From: Flavobacteriales bacterium
GTDB taxonomy: Bacteria > Bacteroidota > Bacteroidia > Flavobacteriales_F > PHOS-HE28
DNA length: 64,000 nt
NCBI GenBank assembly: GCA_020635675.1
Contig: JACJZJ010000002.1
Span: 541,750 to 605,749, forward strand
Direction: 5' to 3'
Below are positions 25,835-37,800 of this stretch, piece after piece; position 1 is the first letter of the stretch; each line of letters starts with the position of its first letter. Under the pieces are notes generated by a model. The model made no database searches. It was not told where the DNA came from and saw only the letters and a program-made list of their open reading frames with translations. The position numbers were made by a program, and so were the translations under genes.

Positions 25835-28800
25835 ATGAGGAAAGCGTTGCTCCCCACGCTATCCCTGGTCCTTCCCCTGCTGCTTCAAGCACAGACGGGA
25901 ACGGATTTCTGGGTTGCGCCACCGGATGTCACCCTTCGGCACAACATGCCGGGCGACGAGCCGATCTATTTGAACGTGACCACAGGGACGGCCCCGGCCA
26001 CCATCACGGTCAGTCAACCGGCCAATCCGGCATTCAATGGCGGCTCGCCGATCGTTCTGAACCTACCCGCCAGCTCCGCCACGCGGTATGACATGACCGC
26101 GCTCAAGTCGCAGTTGGAGACCCGCCCCACGAATACCATTTGCAACACCGGCTTGCACATCCAGTCCACGGCCGATATCACATGCTACTATGAATCGAGC
26201 AACACCAACAATCCGGATATCCTGGCCCTCAAGGGCGTAAATGGATTGGGCACCGAGTTCTACATCCCCCTCCACAAACACGCGCCTTTCCATAATCATG
26301 ACTTCAACCCCTATGTGAACGATCTGGCCTTCGCGTCCTTCGACATCGTGGCAACGCAGAACAATTCCACGGTGATGATCTATTCACCCGTGGCGGTCGA
26401 TGGTCATTCGGCCCTTACGCCGTTCGTCATCACGCTGAACGCGGGCCAGACCTATTCCTGTGCCAATACGGACCCCGTTACGCACACCGACCCACTGACA
26501 CACCCCTCTGGTGCCGTGGTCCTGAGCGACAAGCCAGTGGCCGTTTCGATCAAGGACGACTCCAACCACAACCCGTCCGGGGGATGCTATGACCTGATGC
26601 TCGACCAGATCGTCCCAGTGGACATCCTCGGTACGGATTACGTGGCGGTCAAAGGCGCCTTGAACAACAACGGGGACGAGTCGGTCTTCGTCATGGCAGT
26701 GGAGAACAACACAAAAGTGTATATCAATGGTAGTACCACAGCCGTGGCCACGTTGTTCGCGGGCCAGTACTACCGTCATGATATGGACTACCTGAACGGC
26801 AGCCCGGACAATGCCACACTGATCACGGGAAGCAAACCCCTGTACGCGGTCCATGTCACCGGCTTCGGATGCGAGCAGGGCATGGCGCTCCTGCCCCCCT
26901 TGAATTGTGCAGGCAGTAGCCAGCTGAGCTTCACGCGCTCCACCAGCGAAGCCTTTTATCTGAACCTGCTTGTTCGCAATGGGTCCCAGAACGATTTCGT
27001 GGTGACAGGACCCGGGACCGCAACGATACCCGGTTCCGCATTTCAGGTGGTCCCAGGAACGGGTGGTGAATGGTTGGCGGCGAGGATCCAATACAACACG
27101 ACCGAAGTACCCGTGAACCAGGCGTTCATCGTATCGAACACCTCGGATGTCTTTTCATTGGGGATCATCAATGGAGGAGCCACGAGCGGATGCCGGTACG
27201 GGTTCTTCTCGGAGTTCGCCGGTAAGATCGTCGTCGATGCAGGTCCGGACCAGAACGTTTGCGCGACCGATGTCGTTGATCTTTCGGGCAGTGTTTCAGG
27301 GGGCAGCACCACGGGAGTGTGGACGGCGACCGGAAGCGGAACGTTCCAACCGAACGACACCGACCTGGAGGCCACCTATGTACCGAGCGTAGGCGATATC
27401 GCACTGGGTAGTGTGACGATCACATTGACCTCCACCGGCAATTGCACCCCGGAGAGCGATGAAATGACAGTGAACTTCCAGGCACTGCCGATCGTGGATG
27501 CGGGAAGTGCGTTGCAGGTCTGCTCTAACAATCCCTCGGCCGGTCTTTCGGGTAGCGTGCTCAACGCTGTGGGTGGTGTCTGGACCGGAGGCTCAGGCAC
27601 CTTTCTTCCGGCAAACTCGAACCTCGGCGCGACCTACACGCCGACTGCCACGGAGATCGCCGGGGGGTCGATGATGCTGCACCTGACCTCCACGGGGAAC
27701 GGGGTCTGTCCTGCCGTGGAGGACAGCGTTCAATTGTCCTTTGGCCCCTCCCCGACGGCGAACGCTGGGCCGGACCAGACGCGTTGTGCGAACAACGCGG
27801 TGGCGACGTTGAACGGGAGCTTCACGGTGGCGACTGGCGGCGTGTGGAGCGGTGGGTCCGGCACGTTCGATCCGAGCACCACGAACATGGCGGCGACCTA
27901 CACGCCGACGGCGGCGGAGATCGCAGGAGGGAGCGTGACCCTGACATTGACCACCACGGGCAACGGGACATGCAACGCGGTGAGCGACCAGGTGCAGATG
28001 ACCTACACGGCGGCCCCATTGGCCAATGCGGGAGCGGACGTGTCGGTCTGTGCGAACAACCCGACTGTGGTCTTGAGCGGATCGATCACCGGAGCGACAG
28101 GTGGGGTGTGGAGCGGCGGTACCGGTACGTACTCCCCGAACAATACGGCCCTGAACGCGAACTACACGCCGACGGCGGCGGAGATCGCGGCGGGGACCAT
28201 GACGTTGACCTTGACCACGACGGGCAATGGGAACTGCAACCCGGTGTCGGATGACAAGGTGATCACCTTCACAGCGTCCCCGACGGTGGATGCCGGAGCG
28301 AACGGGACGGTGTGCGCGAACGCACCGACGATCGGCCTGAGCGGCACCATCTCTGGTGCCAGCGGTGGCATCTGGAGCGGGGGTGGAGGCACCTACACGC
28401 CGAACAATACGACGCTGAACGCGAGCTACACGCCGACGGCGGCGGAGATCGCCAACGGGAGCGTGACGCTGACCTTGACCACGGCGGGCAATGGGAACTG
28501 CAACGCGGTGAGCGACCAGGTGACCTGGACGATCACCCCGGCACCGACGGCGAACGCGGGAAGTGATCAGACACTTTGCGCGAACAACGCGGTGGCGACC
28601 TTGAACGGCAGCTTCACGGTGGCGACGGGCGGTGTGTGGAGCGGGGGGTCGGGCACGTTCGACCCGAGCACCACGAACATGGCGGCGACCTATACGCCGA
28701 CGGCGGCGGAGATCGCAGGTGGGAGCGTGACGCTGACGCTGACCACTACGGGCAACGGTGGTTGCGTGGCGGTGAGCGATCAGGTGACGCTGACCTATAC

Positions 28801-31800
28801 GGCGTCGCCGACGGTGAACGCGGGGTCGGACGTATCGATCTGTGCGAACAATGCGAACATCACGCTGGGCGGCACGGTGAGCGGCGCGACGGGCGGGATC
28901 TGGAGCGGTGGTTCGGGCTCTTTCGTGCCGAACAACACGACGCTGAACGCGAGCTACACACCGACGGCGGCGGAGATCGCGGCGGGGACCATGACGCTGA
29001 CCTTGACCACGACGGGCAATGGGAACTGCAACGCGGTGAGCGATGCGATGGTGGTGACCTTCACGCCGTCCCCGACGGTGGATGCCGGAGCGAACGGAAC
29101 AGTGTGCGCGAACAACGCGAACATCACGCTGAGCGGCTCGATCTCAGGCGCCTCTGGCGGGATCTGGAGCGGGGGTGGAGGCACCTACACGCCGAACAAT
29201 ACGACGCTGAACGCGAGCTACACGCCGACGGCGGCGGAGATCGCCAACGGGAGCGTGACGCTGACCTTGACCACGGCGGGCAATGGGAACTGCAACGCGG
29301 TGAGCGACCAGGTGACCTGGACGATCACCCCGGCGCCGACGGCGAACGCAGGGCCGGATCGGGTCTTGTGTGCCAACAACGCCGTGGCGGCCCTGTCAGG
29401 TGCGTATACCGTTGCAACGGGCGGCGTATGGAGCGGTGGGGCGGGCACGTTCGACCCGAGCACCACGAACATGAGCGCCTTGTACACACCGACCGCCGCT
29501 GAACTCGCCGGTGGCACGGTGACCCTGACATTGACCACCACCGGTAACGGGCTTTGCAATGCAGCCACTGACCAGCTGACGATCACATACACCGATGCGC
29601 CCTCCGCAAATGCGGGCCCGGACGTCACCGTTTGCGCGAACAATGCGGCGGTGACCCTGAACGGCAGTGTCGTGGTCGCCACCGGAGGTACATGGAGCGG
29701 AGGCACAGGCACCTTCACTCCGAACGCGAACACGTTGAACGCCACCTATGCACCAGGGGCTGCGGACCTTGCCGCTGGGCAAGTGTTGCTCACCTTGACA
29801 ACAACAGGGAACGGCACCTGCACTCCTGCGACCGATACCAGGACGATCACCTATACACCTGCTCCCATCGTGGATGCCGGAGCGAACGGGACGGTGTGCG
29901 CCAACCTTCCGATGATCGCACTGAACGGCTCCGTGGGCGGGGCCGTGGGTGGCGTATGGAGCGGAGGTGCGGGCACCTTCACGCCGAACAACATCACGCT
30001 GAACGCGAGCTATACGCCAACGGCGGCAGAGATCGCCAATGGGAGCGTGACCCTGATATTGACCTCTGCAGGGAACGGGAACTGTGATCCAGTGAGCGAC
30101 CAGGTGACCTGGACGATCACCCCGGCTCCGACCGTGAACGCAGGCGTTGACCAGGTCCTCTGCGGCAACAACGCGAACGCGGTGCTCAATGCCACCGTGA
30201 CCGTGGCCACCGGCGTGCAATGGTCCGGAGGCACTGGTGCGTATGCTCCCGCGAGCACGGCACAGAACATCACCTACTCGCCATCACCCGTGGAGATCGC
30301 AAACGGAAGCGTAGTGCTCACCACGACCACGACCGGCAATGGCATATGCGGTGCAGTGAGCGATCAGGTGGAATTGTCCTTCACGCCTGCGCCGATCGTC
30401 AATGCGGGACCGGACCAGTCCGTCAGCTCGAACAATGCCGACACACAATTGGCCGGCAGCTTCACCGTGGCCTCCGGTTGCGTTTGGAGCGGTGGTGCGG
30501 GATCCTATTCACCGAACAACACCACGGCCAGTGCGATCTACACCCCCACGGCGGCGGAGGTCGCTGCGGGTAGTGTCACGCTGACACTTACCACGACGGG
30601 AAATGGCGCGTGTTCTGCGGTCAGTGATCAGATGACGATCACGTTCACGGCCGCACCCACGGCCAATGCGGGACCGGATCAGACGGTCTGTGCGAACAAC
30701 CCGACAGCTACGCTCAGCGGCAGTGTCACGATCGCTTCGGGCGGGATCTGGAGCGGCGGCGCAGGCATCTTCACACCGAACAATGCGGCGTTGAACGCGA
30801 CCTATATGCCTTCCGCAGCGGAGATCGCCGCTGGGAGCGTGACGCTGGTCTTGACCACGGTCGGGAACGGGAACAGCAATCCGGTGAGCGACCAGATGGT
30901 CATCACGATCTCACCAGCACCTGTCGTCAATGCCGGTGTGGACTTCACCATATGCGCCAACCAACCGGTGGCCCAGCTGGCCGGTGTGGTGAACAATGCC
31001 GCGGGTGGGGTCTGGAGCGGCGGGTCGGGCGCGTTCGATCCGAGCGCGACCAACCTGAACGCCACGTATACTCCGACCCTTGGTGAGATCGCCGGGGGTG
31101 CCATCATGCTCACGCTGACCAGCACGGGAAATGGTCTTTGCAATGCGGTGAGCGACCAGGTGACCATCAGCATATCACCGGCACCCGTGGTGAACGCGGG
31201 TCCGGACCAGACCGTTTGCACGAACAATGCGGACGTGCAGCTGGCCGGTATGGTAAGCAACGCAGGCGGTGCGATCTGGAGCGGTGGGACCGGGGCCTTC
31301 TCTCCGAGCATCAATGCCCTGGGCGCGATCTACACGCCTTCCGCCACTGAGCTGGCGAACGGATCGTTGACATTGACGCTGACGAGCACGGGCAACGGCA
31401 GTTGCGCGGCTGTCAGCGACCAGCTGCAGATCTTCTTCTCACAAAGCCCGGTGGTGAACGCGGGTAGTGATGTGACGGTATGCGCCAATGACCCCACGGT
31501 CGTTCTCAACGGCTCGGTGACCATCGCCGCCGGCGGGGCTTGGAGCGGTGGGTCCGGCACGTTCACACCGAACAACACCGATCTGCACGCCACCTATCTG
31601 CCAAGCCCGGCCGAGGTGGCCCTTGGTACCGTCACGCTCACATTGACATCCACGCAGAACGGTCTTTGCAACCCGGTATCGGATGCGATGACCATCTCGA
31701 TCATCGCCTCACCCATCGCCAACGCGGGGAATGACATCGCCGTATGCGCGAACAACGCCCAGGTACAGCTGGGTGGATCCGTGAGCGGTGCGGGTGGTGG

Positions 31801-34800
31801 CCAATGGAGCGGCGGGGCAGGGACCTTCACGCCTTCGATCGCCTCGTTGAACGCGAGCTACACGCCCACACCGGCCGAGATCGCGGCGGGGACCTTGACC
31901 TTGACGTTGACCACCATCGGGAATGGCAATTGCGTACCGGTATCGGACGATGTCCTGATCACATTCACCTCACCTCCAACAGCGGACGCGGGGACCAATG
32001 GTGTGTATTGTGCGAACAATGCGAACATCGCCCTGAACGGCGCGGTGACCGTCGCGACCGGAGGCGCCTGGTCCGGTGCGCAGGGGACCTTCACGCCCAA
32101 TGCGAACGCGTTGAACGCCGTGTACGCACCATCGCTCGGTGAACTGGCGGCCGGGTCGGTGACCTTGGTATTGACCACCACCGGCAACAATGGCTGTACG
32201 GCCGTGACGGATGCGGTGACCTACGTGTTCACGCCAGCTCCAACAGCGAACGCCGGAGCCGATGCGAACAGCTGCGCGAACAATGCGGACATCGCCCTGA
32301 ACGGAGCGGTGACCGTGGCCACGGGTGGCCTTTGGAGCGGTGGTGCCGGAAGCTTCAGCCCGGGACCGGGCGACCTCAATGCCACGTACGTGCCGACAGC
32401 GGCCGAGATCGCCAACGGTTCGGTGACCCTGCTGTTGACCACCGTTGGAAATGGACAATGCAACGCGGTGAACGACGCGATGACGCTCACCATCGGACCG
32501 GCCCCCATCGTTGATGCCGGACAGCCCTTGTCCTCCTGCGCGAACAACCCTTCCGCTCAATTGGCCGGCACGGTCCAGAGCGCGACCGGTGGCCAATGGT
32601 CCGGTGCGGGCACGTTCACGCCGTCCACGACGAACCTCAATGCGACCTATACGCCCACGGCGGCCGAGGTGGCCGCGGGAACCGCGGTATTGACGCTGAC
32701 CAGCACAGGCAACGGGCTTTGCAACGCAGAGAACGACCAGGTGATCCTTTCCATCACGGATGCACCCGTGGTGGAGGCCGGACCGGACCAGGTGCTCTGT
32801 GCGAACAATGCAATGGTCCAATTGGCCGGTCAGGTGACGAACGCGAACGGCGGACAATGGACCGGTGGGGCAGGGGCCTATACCCCGAGCGCTTCCGCAT
32901 TGAATGCGGTCTACACGCCAAGCGCGGCAGAGATCGCTGCCGGAGGGCTCTGGCTTCGCCTCACATCGACCGGCAACGGGGGCTGCCTGCCCTCACAGGA
33001 TTCCGTCCATGTGGCCTTCACAACGGCCCCGACGGCCAATGCCGGACCGGATGCGCATGTCTGCGCGAACGATGCACAGGTGCTATTGGCCGGCGCCATC
33101 ACAGTTGCCGGTGGCGGTATCTGGAGCGGTGGCATGGGCCTGTTCACCCCGACCAACGCAACACTGAACGCGACCTACGGCCCGACCCCAACGGAGATCG
33201 CGACCGGTACGGTCACCCTGGTCTTGACGACCACGGGCAACGGCAATTGCTCGGCCGTTCGCGACAGCATGAACATCGTGATCGATCCCGTCCCGGTGGT
33301 GAACGCCGGACCGGACCAGCAGATCTGCGCCAACAACCCGACCGTGCAGCTGAACGGTTTCGTGGGCAATGCATCCGGAGGACAATGGAGCGGCGGGTCC
33401 GGCACCTTCACGCCAGGCAACACGGCCTTGGCTACGACCTACGAACCCACGGCCGCGGAGATCGCTTCCGGCAGTCTGACGCTGACATTGACCTCCACGG
33501 GTACGACCATCTGCGATCCGATCGCCGACCAGGTGACGATCACCTTCAGCGGATCGCCCGTTGTCGATGCCGGCATGGACCAGTCCATCTGTGCCAACAA
33601 TTCCGCCGTGCAGTTGGGCGGCAATGTGACCAACGCGAACGGCGGTACCTGGACCGGGGGTAACGGCACATTCGCACCATCGCCCAATGTGCTCTCACCG
33701 GTCTACACGCCAACTCCAGCGGAGATCACCGGCGGAAGTGTGAACCTGACGCTCACGAGTACAGGCAATGGAAATTGCCTGGCCGAGAACGATGTGGTCT
33801 CGATCGCGTTCACGCCGGCGCCCATGGTGGATGCGGGCGTGGACATGAATGTGTGTGAGAACGCGCCTACGGTCACCCTGAACGGTGCGGTGACGGTGGC
33901 CTCGGGCGGGCAATGGACCGGCGGTCTGGGGACGTTCAGCCCGAGCGCTCAGGACCTCGGTGCACAATACACGCTCACACCGTTCGAGCTGGGATCCGGC
34001 GCGGTGACACTTACACTGACCACCACGGGCAATGGCAACTGTCTGGCCGTTGCGGACCAATTGACGATCGTCGTGACGCCGGCACCCACCGTGGACGCGG
34101 GCGCGGATCTGACCACTTGCTCGAGCGATCTACAGATCCCCCTGAGCGGTGATGTGCAGGGTGGTTCGACCACGGGCATCTGGACCACCACCGGCTCCGG
34201 CACCTTCTTCCCGAGCGCGAACATGCTGAACGCCACATATCTCGCCAGCAGCCTCGACTCCCTGAACGGCACCGTGGACCTGACCCTGACCTCGACGAAC
34301 AATGGGCTCTGCTCCGCGGAAAGCGATGGGATGACGTTGACCATCCTTCCCAACGCCGTGGCGAACGCGGGTGCGGACCAGGTCATCTGTGCCACTGCAG
34401 CCACCGTGCAACTCAACGGCACGATCTCCGGCAACGCCACACAGGGAGCCTGGACCACTACCGGGACGGGCACCTTCACGCCGGATGCCTCCACGCCGAA
34501 CGCCGTCTACCAGCTCGCTCCGGGCGATGCGGCCCTGGGGTCGATCACCTTCACATGGAGCGTGAACAGTTGTGACAACGCGATGGACCAGATGACCGTC
34601 ACCATCGTGCCTGCTTCGAGCGTGGACGCAGGCACGGATGCGGTCACCTGTTTTGACGACCTCGATGTGGTGATCAATGGCAGCATCAACGGTGCATCGA
34701 ACACCGGGGTCTGGAGCACCCTGGGGTCCGGCTCGTTCGTCAATCCGGTCAACGCGCTGTCGAACGTCTACCAGGCCAGCCAGGCGGATTCGCTCGCGCT

Positions 34801-37800
34801 CGGGGTGGACCTGGTGCTGACCGCCACGAACACCGGCGCCTGTTCGGCGGATGCGGACACCGTGCACATCGCCATCCTGCCACAAGGCAATGTGGATGCC
34901 GGTCCCGACCTGACCTATTGCGCGAACAACGCCAATGTGCAGCTCAGTGGTATCCTGACCGGTGATGCCACGCAGGTGATCTGGACGACCAGCGGCACGG
35001 GCGCCTTTTATCCGAATGCCCATGTGCTGACCCCCACCTATGTGCCGAGCGCCGTGGACACCGCGATCGGATCGCTGACGCTGACCTTGAGCGCGCCCAA
35101 CACGTGCAACAACGCGATGGACGGAATGCAGTTGGACCTGACACCAGCACCCTACGTCAACGCTGGTCCGGACCAGACGTATTGCAACCAGGTCGCTCAG
35201 TTCACCCTGAGCGGATCGATCTCCGGCATAACAGCCGTTGGCGAATGGACCACCACCGGTACGGGGACCATCGCGAACCCCGGCGCACTGAACACGGGCT
35301 ACACGGCCAGCGCTGCGGATGTGGCTGCCGGGCATATCGACTTCGTGCTGACCTCGCTGAACAATGGGAACTGCAACCCGGTGACCGATGCGATGACGAT
35401 CTGGCTCACGAACGGCATCACCGTGAACGCGGGTCCCGACCAAAGCGTGTGCGTGCTCAGCGACCATGCCAACCTGCAGGGCTCGGTGCAGAACGGCTCC
35501 CCCACGGGCACCTGGACCACTTCCGGGTCCGGCACTTTCAGCCCGGACCCCGATGTGCTCAACGCGGAATACTATTTCTCGCCGAGCGACGTGGCCAACG
35601 GGTCGGTGGTGCTCACGTTCACCGCGACGAACACGGGTACGTGTCCGACCACGTCGGACCAGATGCTGCTGACCTTCGGCAATGCGAGCTTTGCCTATGC
35701 CGGTGCGGACCTGACCGTGTGTGCGAACGCCCCGCTGGCCCACCTTTCCGGCAACTTCAGTGGAGGTGCACAAGGGTGCCAATGGAGCACCTCCGGTACT
35801 GGTTCCTTCAGCAACAACACGGACCCGCACGCCACTTACACGCTGAGTGCCTCGGACATCGCTCAAGGCGGGGTCCAGCTGACGCTCACCACGGTCACGA
35901 ACGGCTCCTGCCAACCCTCGTCCGATGTGATGGACCTGGTGGTGCAGCCCTTGCCGAACATATTCGCTGGTGCGGATGTGATCGTCTGCACGGCCGGTCC
36001 TTTGCAACTGACCGCGAATGCCGTGAATGCCAGCAGCGGCACCTGGACGACTTCCGGCACGGGGACGTTCCTTGACCCCAACGCTCTTACTACGCTGTAC
36101 TTCCCCAGCGCAGCGGACAGTGTCGCTGGATCGGTGATGTTGACAGTGACCACGGCAGGGACCCTGCCATGCAACAGCGTTTCGGACGATCTCCTCGTGA
36201 CGTTCGGCGGCGGCCTTGCCGCGGATGCCGGTTCCGATGTGGTCACCTGCAGCACCGCGCCGGATATCGATCTCAACGGCACGGTGGCCGGGACCACTAC
36301 GGGCACCTGGACCACCTCTGGAACGGGGTCCTTTGTGCCTTCCGCCAATGACCTGAATGCCACCTACGTGCCCGGTCCGGCGGACTTTGTGATCGGCAAC
36401 ATCCACCTGATGCTTTCCACGACCAACAACCAGGGTTGCCCCGCCGCTCGGGATACGCTCTCGGTCGAGTATCATCTGCCACCGAATTTGGATGCGGGTG
36501 TCGGGGTCCTGCTTTGCAATGGCCTGCAGGATGTGCAATTGAACGCCACCGTGCAGAACGAGGGTGCGCTCCAGTGGTTCACCGCGGGCACGGGCGACTT
36601 CTCAGCGGACTCGATCGCAGACCCGATCTATTCGCCGAGCCTGAACGACAGCATCAGCGGTGGGGTCTACCTGATCCTCACGGCCTATGGGACCGGTGGT
36701 TGCGGGAACGCTTCGGACTCCCTGCTTGTGGACATCGGGCCGACCCGCATCGCCAATGCCGGTGCCGATATGGCCCTCTGCGCGGATGGTGGCCCGATCC
36801 AATTGAACGGCGCGATCACCGGGGTTTCCGGCGGCACATGGTCGACGACGGGTACCGGGACGTTCCTGCCTTCACCCACCACGCTGAACGCGGTCTACGT
36901 GCCGAGCAACACCGATCTGGTGTTCCCGCAGCTCCAATTCGTGCTGGCCACAACAGGCAACATGGGTTGCCCCGCCGGAACGGACACGGTGACCGCGACC
37001 CTTCAGCAACCGCCGACCGCGGATGCCGGTCCGGACGTATCGACCTGTGATGCGACGGCTGCCGTGCAGCTCGCGGGATCCTACAACGGAACAGGAGGCG
37101 TGCAGTGGAGCACCAGTGGCAATGGCACCTTTCAACCGAACGCCACGGACCCTGGCGCGACCTACCAACCCGGTATCGCCGATGAACAGATGCAGCAGGT
37201 CCACCTCTATCTGACCACCACCGGGAACCAGGCATGCACGGCGGCGATGGACAGCCTCCTGTTGTCCTTCGTGAACCCTGTACAGCCCGCCTTCGCCGTG
37301 GACAATGCCTGCGCGGATTCACCGACATTGTTCACCGATGCCAGCACCACCACGGGTTCGCCGATCATCGGCTGGACCTGGGACTTCGGCAACGGAGGCA
37401 CCGGTTCCGGACCGCAGGCCACGAACACGTTCCCGACCACGGGCCAGTACGCCGTGACCCTGACGGCATTCGCGCAGAACGGCTGCAGCGCATCCACCAC
37501 GCAGGTGATCGATGTGCTCAACGCGCCCATGGCCGGGTTCGGTATCAGCGGCGACCTGTTCGCGGAACTGCCGATCGTCTTTGCTGACAGTTCCTACGGT
37601 GCTACCAACTGGTACTATGACTTCGGTGACGGCACCGGATCGCTCGAGCCGGATCCGACGCACATCTATGCGGATGGTGGTCAGTTCATCATCATCCAAA
37701 CGGTGACCAATGCCGCCGGATGCAGCGATTCGGACTCCCTGCTGATCAGCATCGGTGTGAAGGACATCCTGCCCCCGAAGCTGCCGAATGCCTTCAGCCC

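Noticed and set aside
34130-36538. An 802-aa minus-strand ORF, plus many 60-300-aa ones (e.g. 31970..32857, 29396..30220, 26384..27091), antisense to the giant repeat gene.
   Set aside because: The products are Arg/Gly/His/Pro-rich low-complexity sequences with no motifs. They exist because the GC3-rich sense frame suppresses stops on the opposite strand, and the repeats copy the same antisense frame. The sense strand has a signal peptide, domain logic and a sorting domain.
27230-37290. Regularly spaced repeats that could be mistaken for a CRISPR-like or satellite array.
   Set aside because: The period is 264 bp with no unique spacers. The whole region is one uninterrupted reading frame encoding protein-domain repeats, and there are no cas genes in the window.
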